Shown here: positions 1-13,558 of the stretch, piece after piece
How positions within the stretch are numbered: position 1 is the stretch's first letter
How the letters are laid out: each line of letters opens with the position of its first letter
Assembly (NCBI GenBank): GCA_043228905.1
Contig: JBHGNT010000006.1
Coordinates: 19,096,001-19,160,000 of the forward strand
DNA length: 64,000 nt
Direction of reading: 5' to 3'
Source of the DNA: Azolla caroliniana
Lineage: Eukaryota; Plantae; Polypodiophyta
Position numbers and translations under genes: made by a program
Notes under the pieces: model-generated
Databases searched by the model: none
What the model was told of the DNA's origin: nothing
Seen by the model: only the letters and a program-made list of their open reading frames with translations

Positions 1-2349
1 CTCATCCGGAGGCATCTCGGCCTCGCTGACCTCATCGTCCGAGCTCGGATTGGAGTCGAGGTTCGTAGTCGGGGGCAGGTACCAGGACGCAAACTCATCA
101 AACACAACGTCGCGGCTGACACGCGCTTGTTTGGTGCGAGGGTTATAGCACTTATAACCCTTCTGCTCGTCCGAGTAACCAACCAAGATGCATTTCTCGG
201 CCTTTGCGTCCAGCTTCCTCCTTTTCTCCTTCGGTATATGCACATACGCAATGCTACCGAACACCCTCAAGTGTCGCAAGTTCGGCTTCGTTCCGAAATA
301 TAGCTCGTGCGCCGACACTTTGTCTCCAATCCGGTTCTGGATGTATACCGCGGTCCTTACCGCCTCGGCCCAATAGAACTTGGGCAAGCTCTTCTCCTCC
401 AGCATTGCCCATGCCGCTTCCACAATTGACCGATTCTTCCTCTCAGCCACGCCGTTCTGCTCCGGCATGTATCTACAACTGATTTCGCACCGAATTCCCA
501 TTTGTTGTAGATAATCGTTGAATTGACAGGAGAAGTACTCTTTCCCGCCATCCGACCGCAGGCACTTGATCTTTCGTCCCGTCTCCGTTTCCACGAACCC
601 TTTGAGGTCCCGAAAGCAGTCGAAGACTTCGCTCTTCCTCTCAATGAGGTAGATCCACGTGTGCCGCGTGTGGTCGTCGATGAAGGAGACGAAATATTGG
701 TTCCCGCCAAGACTAACGTTTTGTGCCGGCCCCCATACATCGGAGTGTATAAGGTCGAGCTTGTTCCGGCTCCGGTTTCGGTCGTTGGGGAAAGGAAGTC
801 GGTGTTGCTTCCCGAGTTGGCAGGCTTCACAAATTTGTGCCTTTCGGCCACTAAATTTGGGCAATCCGAACACTACCTGTTTCGATTGCAGATCTTGAAG
901 CCGCTGGTAGTTGATGTGGCCTATCCGCTTATGCCACAAGTCAATGTCCGACTCGGTTTTTCTTCCCTTCGCGAACATTGCGGTGCCGCCATCAGTGGAG
1001 TCGAGGATGAACATCCTCCCGTCTCTGCGCCCTTGCGCAATCACACGGCCTTCTTCCTCAATGAAGCACCCGAGGTGTGTAAACCGAACCTCCATCCCTT
1101 GGTCGACGATCTATCCGACCAAGACCAAGTTCTTCGTGATTGTCGGAACGTGCAACACGTTCATGAGTTTCCCTTTCTGCCCGACATGGCTAAGGGGAAC
1201 TTCTCCGACATTCGCGATCGGATGCGGAGTGTCGTCTCCAGTTGCGACTACTCCAGGTTGTATCGGTTTTTCAAGGTACGAGAACCACTCCTTATGGCTC
1301 GTCATGTGGTTTGACGCGCCGGAGTCTACGTACCACACGTCGTCTGATCTCGGGGTGATCCGTTTCATTGACTTTGCTTCGTGTCTCGTCACGAAAGCAG
1401 ACCCTTCTGCGGCTCTCCCGGAGTCTTCAGCGTAGTGCGATCGCTGCCAATTTCCCTTGTCGGTATTTCCAGAACCGGTTCTCTCCGAATCGGCGCGCTT
1501 CTTCTAGCACTCACTTTCCCTGTGGCCTTTCTTGCCACAGTACCAGCACTCCGCGATGGCCTTCCGTTGCCGGTTCTCATCGCTTTGGTTCCCCCTGTTT
1601 TCGGAGGGTCCGGAGTTGCTGTCGGCATCACTTCGGTGCCTTCTTCCTTGATCTCATCAACCGCCTCCATTGCGCCCTGACTCGCCTCGTCCTCCACGTC
1701 CACGGGGCCTATCTCCCTCTGTGTACAACATTCTGTTGTCGGCGTGCGTGCTTGTAGACGCACCCGCGTGGTTCTCCTCCACCAGGAGCATTGACTGTAA
1801 GTCGAAAAAGGACGGTGTATTCTCCCGGGTACACACAGCCGTTCGGAACGCTCCGAACTTCGACGCCAAACCTCCGAGACAGATCTGGACCATCTCGCTC
1901 TCCTCGATGTTCACCTCTATGGAAGCGAGGGAGTCGCAGATATCCTTGATCTTCGAGGTATAGTCCGCCACCGACAAGTCGCGTTGTCGTAGGTTGCTCA
2001 ACTCCTGTCGGAGCTGAAGCTTCCTGTCTGTGGTGCTCGCGGCGAAAATCTTCTTCAGATTTTCCCACGCACCCTTCGTCAGATTTTCCCACGCACTCTT
2101 TGAATCCCGAACATAGCTCAATAGTTGTTCGCCCACACACGACGCGAAGCAGTACAATACCCTGCTCGCCGATTGCTCCCACGACGGGAAGTCTCTGTGT
2201 GTCGATTCGGGTGCCGCGTCATTAGCTCCTTCGACATAACTCCAGTAGCCGTGCCCGAGCAGGTACTGGTGCATCTTGTAGGACCAAGACGCGTAGTTGG
2301 TTCTGTCGAGCTTCTCTGTTGGAAGCGAGCTCGCCATGCCTCTAGCCAT
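1..2349 (-). pseudogene. Disrupted copia gag-pol (Gag, protease, GAG-pre-integrase, integrase)
   Basis: ORFs 1657-2349 and 1111-1392 are collinear with the open family-A ORF that starts at 62531, but are broken by stops. Confidence 0.9.
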
Positions 2350-2421
2350 CGTTCTTCTTGTTCTTCTTCGTCAAGCTATGTCGGCTGCAGAGAGGTTCTC
2401 AACCCTCGCGCTCTGATACCA

Positions 2422-2785
2422 TGTAAAAAGTAGCATGCGGAAGCAGGTATGAAGACCGAACAGAAGGAAGGAAAACACAGGTTTAATGGAGAGCTTGAGC
2501 TTACACGGTATACGCGGGAGAGACAGAGAGAATGAGAGCACAAGAACTATACTCAACAATAATACTCTATCTGTACATAAGACATGCTCAGAGAACACTT
2601 TTATACAAGTCCTAGAAGGACTGACCGAAGTACTGATAGTACTTCAATGCTCATTGAGAGCTCCTACACTAACTCCCAAATGTATTCCTCACGGAATATC
2701 TTTCCTAACGACCTCCCGGTTTACGCACTCGGCCTAACCGATCGGTCCCAACCGATCCGGCCGATGTTGAGCTTGTCTCTCAACA
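2422..2785 (-). repeat. 5' LTR of copia A1
   Basis: Abuts the PBS and has TG/CA ends. Homologous to the LTRs at 20836-21312, 23467-23841, 34652-35026 and 62027-62436. Confidence 0.9.
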
Positions 2786-4465
2786 ATAATCAACCGGTTC
2801 TTCCTCCCGGCCACACCATTTTGCTCCAGTGTGTATTTGCAGCTGAACTCTCTCTGAATTCCTTTTTGTTGCAGATAAGTGTTGAATTGGCCAGAAAAAT
2901 ATTCTTTTCCGCCATCCGACTGTAGGCACTTGATCTTCCTCTCCATTTCCCGTTCAACCAGGCTTTGCAGGTTCCGGAAACACTTGAAAACTTCGCTCTT
3001 CCGCTCAATGAGGTAGATCCATGTGTGCCGGCTGTAGTCGTCAATGAAGGAGACGAAGTATTGATGCCCGCCAAGACTAACGTTATGTGCCGGTCCCCAT
3101 ACATCCGAATGAATAAGGTCGAGCTTGTTACGGCTACGGTTTCGTTTGGTGGGGAATGGAAGCTGATGTTGCTTCCCGAGTTGGCAGGCTTCACATATTT
3201 GGGCCTTCCGGCCACGGAACTTCGGCAAACCGGAAACAACTTGTTTCGTTTGCAGGTCTTGAAGCCTCCGGTAATTGACGTGGCAGATCCACTTGTGCCA
3301 GAGATCAATATCCGATTCAATCTTCTGTCCTTTGGCGAACAAAGTGGTGCCGAAGTCATTGGTGTCGAGGATGAACATCCTCCCATCTCTGTGCCCTTGC
3401 GCAATAATTTGGCCCTCTTCCTCGATGAAGCACCCAAGGTGCATAAACCGCACCTGCATCCCCTGGTCAACGATCTAACCGACTGACACCAGGTTCTTCG
3501 TGATAGTCGGAACGTGTAGTACGTTCATCAGCTTCCCCATCTATCCGACGTGGCTCAAAGGGACTTCTCCAAGATGCACGATTGGGTGAGGAGTGTCATC
3601 TCTGGTTTCGACGACTCCCGGTTGTTCCGGTTTCTCCAAGAAAGAGAACCACTCTTTGTGGCTCGTCATGTGATTCAACGCACCGGAATCAACGTACCAC
3701 ACTTCCTCCGATTTGGAAGTGGTCTTCTTCATCGAGTTAGCCTCGTGTTTCATCACCAAGGCTAGCCCTTTACCGGCTTTTCCGGTTTTGGATCCTCCCG
3801 ATCCTTCTGCGTAGTGCGAGTGTTGTCGATTCTCTCTACCGTCCATGCCAAATCCGGATCTGTCCGAATCGGCGCGCTTCTTCTAGCACTCACTTTCCCT
3901 GTGGCCCATTTTGCGACAGTACCATCATTCCGTGTCAACCTTTGCTTGCCAGCCTCTGGCGCTGCCTTGACTCCCCCTGCTTGTGGAGGGTCCGGAATTG
4001 TTGTCGGCACGTTCTCTGTGCCTTTGGTCCTACTCTTGTCGGCCGCTACCATTGCGAGCCGACCCGCCTCATCCACCACACCCACAGGGCCGATCCGCCT
4101 CCGTGTACAACATCCGGCTGTCGGTGGGTGCAATAGTTGATACACCGGCGTGGTTCTCCTCTACAAGGAGTATCGACTGTAAGTCGAAAAATGACGGCGT
4201 ATTCTCCCTTGTACATACCGCCGTTCGGAACGCTCTAAACTTAGACGCTTATTTATACAAGTCCTAAGAGGACTGACAAAAGTACGGTGTACTTCAATGC
4301 TCACATGAGCATCTGACACTAACTACGAGACATTAACTACCTAGTAGTCTAGGCTGCTACTAGGCTTCCGGTTACTGCTGGATCTAGTTAACCGGCTCCC
4401 CAGCTCACCGGTCTGGCTCAGGCTTATTTAGTCGATCCGGATCCAATTGAGCTTGCTGCTCAACA
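2786..4465 (-). mobile_element. Ty1/copia family A copy A2, internally deleted
   Basis: Integrase (ORF 2734-3459: HSDVWGP, IDDYSR, LQSDGGKEY), protease (3541-3846) and the Gag C-half are present. A junction at ~4248 joins Gag directly to the U3 half of the LTR (4249-4465, ending CTCAACA). PBS and Gag N-terminus are lost. Confidence 0.88.
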
Positions 4466-7400
4466 ATATCCCCGTGTCATCAACATGGCACGGAGGACTC
4501 AGAACCCTCAACAAGGCCGACATAACACATTTATCCAAAGCGAGATACATACCCAAACTCTCCTTTTTGGACCATCAATTCTACAAGCACTGCCAATATA
4601 GCAAACAAGCTATAGCCTTGCACCCGACAGTAGCACCAAGAGAATTGAGTCTGATCGATTTGATCCATTTGGACGCTATGGCCTGATGCCACATTAGTCT
4701 CTTGGCGGCGCCTCCTACTTCGTCAGCTTCATTGATGATTCAAATTGTAAGGTGTGGGCATACCTAGCCAGGACCAAAGATTTGGTGTTCTCGATCTTTC
4801 CTGAATGGCTTGCCATGGTGGAGAACCAGTTTGTCCCGAAGCTTAAATGCTTATGGCGCAACAATGGAGGAGAGTTCAAATCAGAGAAATTTGTTAGATT
4901 TTGCCGATAGCTCAGCATTCAATGTGAATATACGCACCATATAGTCTAGACCATAACTGAATTGCTGAACAAATGAATTTGACAATTCAAGAACGAATCA
5001 TTGCCATGCTCAAACACTTCGGACTATCAGATGGCTTCTAGATAGAGCCTTATTTACAATTGTACACATTTAATCAACATGTCACCGAGTAGGCCTATAG
5101 GACTTCAAATGCCTTAGGAATTATGGACAGGAATGAAGGCAAATTATGACAAGCTGAGGATTTTCGGATGTGAGGCAGACGCCCTCGTACTAAAGGACAA
5201 TCACTAAAAGCTCGAATGGAGGTCCAGGACATGCATTTTCCTTGGCTATGGACTAGATGGCGAAATCGGATACAGACTCTGGGACCCAGAGAAAAGACAG
5301 ATAGTTTGAAGTTTGAATGTTGTCTTCAACGAGCCGGTCATGCACAAGATGGTCAAAAGGTCTATTGAAGTCCGTAAGGTAACTTTCTCGAAAGTGTCGG
5401 CCCTTCATGACAGCCCAACCCAAAACATAAGGTTGGCATCACGGGTAGCCGAATCCTCTAGCACTGAATCGGCTCCAGCCGATTTGGCATAGACTAATGT
5501 TTCGGTTCCGGACCATCCGACTCGGATACATGATCTGACTAGCCTAGTCATACCAAGAAGATTAGCAAGACTATCGCAGCCTTCAGAGAGGTACTCTTCC
5601 TCGAAGCTTCTTCATAGACGTCGACGAGCCAACGTCATACAAAGAAGCATTGGCCTCAGCCGATTCTACCACATGGCATTTGGCGATGGAGTCCGAAATG
5701 AACTTCATCTAGCAAAACAAGACTTGAGATTTGGTCGAATACCAAAAAATCAATGTGCTCTTCTGTGGAAGTGGGAAAAGAGAGTTTGATTTGGCCAACC
5801 CAATACTCAAAGCCAAATTAGTAGCAAAGGGATTCTTGCAGGAATATGGGGTCAATTTCGATGGAATCTTTTCACCAGTGGTGAAAATGACGACCCTTCA
5901 CTTCATGCTCGACATTGTGACAACCGAGAACTTAGACCTGATCCAACTAGATGTCAAAACAACCTTCCTCCATGGTGACCTAGAGGAGGAAATTTATATG
6001 GAGCAGCCGAAAGGCTTTGTGGTATCCGGCCAATAATGTCTAGCCTACAAACTCCGGAAGAGTGTATATGGCCTGAAGCAGGCACATCGGCAGTGGTATA
6101 AGAAGTTCGATGACTTCATCCAATCGGTCAGTTCTCCAAGAGCGATGAGGATCACTGCCTCTTCACTAAAACAATTCAAGGTGGGTCACTCATCATCTAC
6201 ATGGACGACATGCTACTCTCCAGCCGACATGCTAGAGAGCTCACTAGACTTGTCCGTCAACCGTTCGATTTGGCCAACCCAATACTCAAAACCAAATTAG
6301 TAGCAAAGGGATTCTGGCAGGAATATGGGGTCAATTTTGATGAAATCTTTTCACCAATGGTGAAAATGACGACCCTTCGCTTCATGCTAGACGTCGTGAC
6401 AGCTGAGGACTTAGAGATGATCTAACTAGATGTCAAAATGGCCTTCCTCCATGGTGACCTAGAGTAGGAAATTTATATGGAGCAGCCGAAAGGCTTTGTG
6501 GTATCCAACCAATAACATCTAGCCTGCAAACTCCGGAAGAGTATATACGGCCTGAAGCAGGCACACTGACAGTGGTATAAGAAGTTCAATGACTTCATCC
6601 AATCGATCGGCTTCTCCAAGAGTGATGAGGATCATTGCCTCTTCACCAAAACAGCTCAAGGTGGGTCACCCATCTTCCTCATCATCTACGTGGACGACAT
6701 GCTACTCTCCGACTGACATACTAGAGAGCTCACTAGACTTGTCCGGCAACTGCAGTTGAAGTTTGCCATGAAGGACCTCGGCCAAAAAAGACACTTTTTG
6801 GGGATGAAGATAAATCAAATTCGGAATCAACGACAACTATTTCTGTCTCAAGCCAACTATATTGGACATGTCTTGGAACACTTCAACATGCAATTGGTCA
6901 AATATGCTCGATTAGCCTTTGGTTGTCTTAGAGAGACTGTCCGACATCTAGTCCGGAGGGGGAAACTATGAAGCCGGTACCTTACGTACCGCCCGTTGTC
7001 TCCTTGATGTATGTGATGGTCACGACACGACCAGACTTAGCTCATGCCGTAAGAGTTGTCAGCTGATTTATGCACAATCCTGATCGGTTGCATTGGAACG
7101 CAGTAAAGCATGTGTTTAGATATCTGGTAGGCACAAAAGACCACGACATCCTATTCAGTCCAAACAAGACTTCAAGTGTAGTTAGATACACTGACTCAGA
7201 CTTCGACGGCTACATGGACAACCGAAAGTCAACAACTGGATACTACTTCAAATTCGGCAATGGAGAAATCTCGTGGAAGTCGAAACTGCAGGAGTGCATG
7301 GCCACATCAACGATCGAGGCTAAATATGTAGCCTCGTCTAACGTAGCCAAAGAGGCCTTATGGCTCGGTCGACTGGCACACACATTTCAACAAGCTGACT

Positions 7401-8057
7401 CTGACTCGACTCTAGTTGTTTATAGTGACAATCAAGGTGTTATCGGTTTGTCCAAAAATTTGGTTCATCATAACGCCTCAAAGCACATAGATGTATGATA
7501 TCACTTCATTCGAGATTGCGTCATTTCCGAGAAGGTCGGCCTTGAGAAAATACCAATGGCTGACAATGTAGCAGATAGGTCTTTTGGCAGACTGATTTCA
7601 GTCTCTTTGGCACTAGATGGGCGTCATAAAAACTTAGTCCGATTAAGTCAAACAATAAGGAGGGTTTCAGGCAATCGGCTTTGACATCTTGAGATTCGGC
7701 TTCAACCCATCTGGCTTCGCCCAATACAACCTTTTGTTCCCGGACATTGTCGCTTCAAACAAAAGCCGACTTGTCTAACAACCTTTACATATAAATCTGT
7801 AGTTTCCTTTTTTTTGTTCAATGTTCTTTTATAGATTTTTGTTGTATACGTCCATTACGGGGGAATGTCGAATACGGGTACATAATGTACGAATTCACAC
7901 TGTCCCATTGGACAGACTAAGTCTAGGCCATATTCGTAAATATTGGAAAGGGTAGTTGTCCTAGTTCAGTTTGTATTTAAATTGAACTTTGTAGCCTAGT
8001 TGGGAGTTGTTGTCGTCATTCTTTGTAACCTAGTTCAGTTTGTATTTAAATTGATCC
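4466..8057 (+). mobile_element. Ty1/copia family B (Tnt1/Tork-like) copy B1, degenerate INT-RT-RNase H plus partial 3' LTR
   Basis: Fragments collinear with the 26936-30970 polyprotein: [64 protein letters not shown] at ~7854-7865. LTR starts TGTCGAATAC at 7866, matching the family-B LTR. Right boundary is approximate. Confidence 0.88.
5784..6745 (+). repeat. Tandem duplication (~480 bp unit) of the RT region inside copia B1
   Basis: The stretch GATTTGGCCAACCCAATACTCAAA...CTAGAGAGCTCACTAGACTTGTCCG occurs twice (~5784-6256 and ~6263-6745). Confidence 0.9.
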
Positions 8058-8061
8058 TTCC

Positions 8062-8081
8062 GGGGGGGGGGGGGGGGGGGG
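8062..8081. repeat. Poly-G tract (20 G)
   Basis: Read directly from the sequence. Confidence 0.9.
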
Positions 8082-8414
8082 TCTCTATCTTGGGCTTCCA
8101 AACTCCGATTCGTGAACACCAAAATTCTACATGCACCTTGTTGCAAGCACTACGCAAGTGGGATGATGTCCTTTTTTCGCTTTCTAACATTATTTTCATA
8201 ATGTTCACGAAAACAGTAGGTTTGGAGGCCTTTTCTTGTTGATCCAAGATATATCCTCATCCCTCCAGAGTACAAACATATTAAAAAGCATGTCAAACAT
8301 CGCAGACCTCACAAAGCTAAAAAGAAGCCTTGAGACACTTTGCAAAAATAAAATAAAAACGTGCGCTCTTTTCTCGCACATCACCATACAGACCAGAGTA
8401 GCACGTGCTCTTTA

Positions 8415-8443
8415 TCTCTCTCTTCTCTCTCTCTTCTATCTCT

Positions 8444-8487
<44 letters not shown>

Positions 8488-8870
8488 CTCTCTCTCTCTG
8501 TTCTCTCTGTTCTCTCTCTTCTCTGTGTTGTGTCTGCCTGCCTCTTTCCTCTTTCTTGAGATCAAAACCAACATGGAATCCTCGCTGTCTCTGATCTCAT
8601 CTCTATCTTCTTCTTCCTCCTCCCTTTTCTTCTTCTCCTTCCCTCTCTCTCTGTCTCTCTCTCTGCCTGATCTCTGTTTCTAGCAAAGATTCCAAGACCT
8701 GCCTGATCTCTCTCTCTCTCTCTCTCTCATTCTGTGCATGCCTCTGTTTTTCTTTATCTCATCCTAATGTAAAGATCGATCTATCTCTCGGTTCGATTGT
8801 AGATCCACAGACGCCCACCCACTCTCTCTCTACACACAGACACACACAGACACACACAGACACACAGAGA
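8415..8870. repeat. (CT)n and (CA)n microsatellite-rich promoter/5'UTR region of the MAP3K gene
   Basis: Long CT runs at ~8415-8525, 8640-8662 and 8708-8728, and CACACAGA repeats at 8832-8868, just upstream of the ATG. Confidence 0.8.
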
Positions 8871-8871
8871 T

Positions 8872-11800
8872 ATGGCATCCTGGTTGAGCAATAGATTGAA
8901 GACCTCGAGAAGCAAGAAGAAGAGCACTAGTTTCGAGAACCCTGTAGAAGGCTCTAGTAGCAGGGGCAGGACTTCTTCATCCACGCATAATGGCAGCAGT
9001 GGAGGCGAATATATGAGAAGGAGATCCAGTGAAGACGTGAATGGATTCAACCAAAATGATGGGCAATACATGAGATGCGAAATGAAGTCTCCCACAACTC
9101 CTCACCCGTTGCCTTGTATTCCACCGGGAGTCACTGCCTCTCCTTTAGTTCCTCTTCCTTCACCCACGAAACTATCTAATATCACAGCAACAGCCAATGA
9201 CAATAGCGCGCCTCTGACACCATCCAGTCCTCCCTCTACCACTGTCCTTCATCATCATTGTGCTAACCCAATCTCACATGGAGAATTTGATTTCAGCTCG
9301 GGATCTGGTTCCTCGAGTACTGCATCTGATGACCCACCCGACATGGGAAGCATCCTTCATTCTTTCCCTCACTTGCAATTCCTTTCCCAAAGAGTACCAA
9401 ACACTAGAGATTTCACCCATGATTTGCAACAACATGCTGTGAGGTAGGTTTCAACATATGGTTTTCATTCTCTTGAAGATTTGTTTTTCCTTGAAAAGTC
9501 AATTGGTATTCATTTGGAGCTCTACTTGTATGTGTATGTGCGAATGTCAACACGATGCTTAATGGATGTTTTGCATATCATGTCGTGCATATGCATATGC
9601 ATAATGGTAAACCGAATCTTAAATGGTATGTACTTTTAATTCCACGCATAAATGTGTGCGTATATTTAGGTATATGTGCTATGGTAACATGATGAATAAT
9701 GATATGTCAAAGCTTCAACCACATGTGTGTGTGTGTGTGTGTGTGTGTATTTGTGCATATAGTTATATGGAAGCTTAATGAATGTCAAGTTGTATCCATA
9801 TGGCATGATGAGTAAAAAAGAAGATGTATGTGCATGTGCATGATAAAGTAATGAATCTCAAGATACAAGTGTATGTGCATATGGTGGTAACATGATGAGT
9901 AATGAATGTCAAAGATGTAGCCACATGCTTGTGTTGCTCAAATCATAATTGTGTAGTTACATGTAGCTATACTCATAGTATAATGACATTCACTGTCATC
10001 CAAGTTTATTGCTATATAAAGGGCCTACGCTAACTCCCAATAATGTAATTATGTGTATGCTCATAAAATACATTTGCTGAACACATGTTTCATGGCTTGA
10101 ACAGGGAAACACATTCGGGAGTGTCTCCCAGATACAGCAACTTCAGTCCCAGAGAATTGCAATTTCGAGACCATAGCTATCAGGTACAAGGGTTGGCCAC
10201 ATCTCCAGTGAGAACTCATTCTGGAAACATGATGGATCCGGATAGAAATGGAACCCCTGGCTATTTGGAAAGTCCTGTAAGAAGTCCCAGGGGGCGATTT
10301 TCTACAAATAATCACTTTGGCACCTCAATCAAGGTAAGTCAACTCCATAGCTAATTTGGGTTATATGTATCTAGATGTATTTCGTTTGCCTGGAAAGTTA
10401 TAATAAGTTGTCAACTTAAACCATAGGACCAAAGGAGTCCAGGGCATTCACCAATTCCAAGCCCCACTGTGAAGAGCCCTGGTCCAAGTCCCAGAGCACT
10501 TTCTCCATTACATCCTATGGCATTTGGTGGTATTAGAAAAGATTCTACCCTCAATAGGCATGACAACATCGCTCATCCTTTGCCATTGCCACCAACCAAA
10601 AACATTTATATGGAGATGATGCCGACATCTGAACACCTTCAAGGCGGATTGCATTCAAACACGAATAACCCTGTCCCTTCATCAAGTTCAACTATCTTAT
10701 ATGGTCCGGAAAAGCCACCCATTAGTATTCAAACTGGGTGGCGTAAAGGATCTGTTCTTGGTACGGGGTCCTTTGGTCAGGTCTATATGGGCTTTAACAG
10801 GTGCCTTTTTATTGATCTTTCGATGCTGTGTATTGATAATTGTAGGATTCTAACAATACGTCCCCCACAAAACTGATTTTTCTGGAAGTTTTTTCTTTTC
10901 ACTAACTCTTTTCCCCAGTCATATTATTTTTCATCCTCTCTTTAATATTAGCCTGGTCCTTGCCAAGCGTTTTTCCCAGTCTATTCACAATTAAATTGAT
11001 GAACTTGCAACTCCTGCTATGTTTTATGTAACTTGTCTTCTAAGCCCTCAACAGAGAGAATGGCATACATTTTGCAGAAGAACTTATCTAGATTCCATGT
11101 CTGCCAAATATTCTTTTTACCACATTGCAACACCAATGAACAATTTTTTACCCTTCGTATGTACAATTATGGGTACATTTGTTCTTAGAAATGTCGTTCA
11201 GGATGATGCAAAATGCTTTCAAATATTTTAACTGTCACTATCTTGAGTTTCTACGCCGATTTCTTATTAATTAGTTTGCTTTGTGTTGAAGGTAATAAGG
11301 ATTGTTTCATTATTGCGTTTTACTTGTACAGAAATCCTTTTCTATATAGAAAATCACTCAAGTGTTGTCAGTTGTTTTACAGTGAGACTGGCCAGTCTTG
11401 TGCAATAAAGGAGGTAGTTATTATTCCAGATAATGATAAATCCATGGAAAGTGCAAAGCAGCTTATGCAGGTGCTTATTCTGAAGAAAACATTTGATGGT
11501 TTCATGATGCATTGGATTGTTTGGAATCTGCATATAAGGATTGTTTTGAAGAATATTGTGTTTCCTGTATGATCAACCGTTTAAATAATTAATTATATTT
11601 CCAGGAAGTATCTTTGCTCAGTCAAATGAAGCATGACAACATTGTTCAATATCATGGGATTGAGATGGTACCACTCTTCGCATTTTTATTTTTCATTTTC
11701 CACCATGGCAAAAGAGTACACTTATCAATGATGATGGAGCTTTTTTTCAGGTTGACGATCGCTTATTTATTTACCTCGAATATATGTCGAATGGATCAAT

Positions 11801-13486
11801 TCACAACATTATCCGGCAGTATGGACCCTTGAGTGAGAACTGTATCCGTGCTTATACATGCCAGATTCTCTTGGGACTATCTTACCTTCACAGCAAAAGC
11901 ACTGTTCACAGGTGAAATTCTCATTGTAATGTCTTCTAATCCATACTAATTTTATCATATCTTCTGTGTGAATCATATTTGATGCTTTCATTAGGTTAAG
12001 TTGTCTTGCAAAGCTTTCACCATTTTTTCTCCGGAAATAATTAGGTTAACATCTCTCTTTTTTTCTCTTTTGTTGGTCGTTTTTGATGACACAACACTTA
12101 CCAATTGTGAGCTTTTCTTTTTGATAGGTTGTAATGGCATTTTTTACTATATTATATCTTTCTTTTTTCTCAAAACTACCGTTTACAGGCTTGAGGTCTC
12201 AGAAACATTCTCTGAAGCACCGTTGTTTCTTTTACTAGTGTACTTTGTATTCAACATTGTTGTGTATATGTTGTAAGTAACACTTACGTAGGATTTCTCT
12301 CTTTTCTGCTAGACAATATTACAATATATCTGACGTGAGAATCTTACATGTATCGATGACGAGATTCTTTAGTCATTTCTTATTATATTTCAATTTACAT
12401 TTTTACTCAATTACATTTACTTTGGTTTGTTCTCAAAGATGAAACAACATATTAAGATGTAATCTCTTGTTTAGTCTTCGTCCCATAGGCCATTCTGCCC
12501 TTTTAAAAGATGTTAATATCTCTCTCTTTCTTCTTTCCCTACCTCGTTGATTTGCACAATAATTAAATTCATTCAAATTTGTGTTAGAGAAAGTGAAAGA
12601 AAAAAGTAAACTAATGTGGATCATTTGATCCAGGGATATAAAAGGGGCAAATATTCTTGTTGATAAAGGAGGAGAAGTAAAACTTGCCGACTTTGGAATG
12701 GCCAAACATGTAATAAACTGGACTTTTACCATCTCTCATCTTTGATGTGCTGTTTTAAGATTTCATTTAGTTTTTATTCTATCTTTAATAAACTGAGAGG
12801 TTGTTAGGATTGCTACCAGCTTAATGGATTTCATTACTTGTCACAGATGGCAAACACAACATTTCTTCTCTCATTCAAGGGGAGCCCATACTGGATGGCA
12901 CCGGAGGTATTCTTCTTAGAAATGCCATTGTATTTATGCCACAATGCGTTATTGTCATTTAATCTTAATGCAATGAATGGATGTATATGTCAGATGCATG
13001 TTCAATAATACTGGTTAAAATGCTATATTTTGACATTAGTGGGTGATGTTGTATGAAGGTTATACAAAACAAAAATGGTTATGATTTTTCTGTGGATATA
13101 TGGAGCCTGGGTTGTACGGTTTTAGAGATGGCTACCGGAAAACCACCATGGAGTCAATATGAAGGGGTAGGTTCTTTTAACTTGGAAGAGGTTTTCAGAT
13201 CTCCATTGTCATAGCAATCTCAATCATATACATAACATACTAGATGGGTATTCCTTGGGTAACTGAGAATAACATTATATCATTAGCAGCTGATATACAT
13301 AATATACATACACAGGCATAGGCGTAGGCGTAGGCATAACCATAGCCGTAGGCATATAACCATATGCATATGCATAGACATTGACAGAGACATAGAAATA
13401 GACAGACGTAGACAGAGACAGATGCATATACACGTGTGTGTGTGTGTGTGCATGTACATGTACAGATACACGTGTACACATACACG

Positions 13487-13558
<72 letters not shown>

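Larger units (their letters stand above)
1..2785 (-). mobile_element. Ty1/copia LTR retrotransposon, family A copy A1 (5' part; runs off the window start)
   Basis: 5' LTR at 2422-2785 (TG...CA). PBS TGGTATCAGAGC (tRNA-iMet) at 2410-2421. Gag starts at 2349 (KLDRTNYASW...), followed by a zinc knuckle, protease WYVDSGASNHM and the start of integrase. Premature stops are present, e.g. TGA TGA near 1657. Inserted into the integrase of copy A2. Confidence 0.93.

Noticed and set aside
523-1314. 263-aa plus-strand ORF, with similar ORFs at 2965-3486, 32558-33265 and 63719-63997
   Set aside because: These are antisense shadows of copia protease/integrase. They recur only because the sense strand is repeated, their ends differ between copies, and they show no independent motifs.
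8236-8683. SLSLSL and RERERE ORFs
   Set aside because: Translations of (CT)n microsatellites; the same applies to 20849-21112 and 26340-26634.
9540-9960. Degenerate repeats (GGTAACATGATGA..AATGTCAAAG) in MAP3K intron 1
   Set aside because: Low-complexity local duplications with no TIR, TSD or convincing hairpin.
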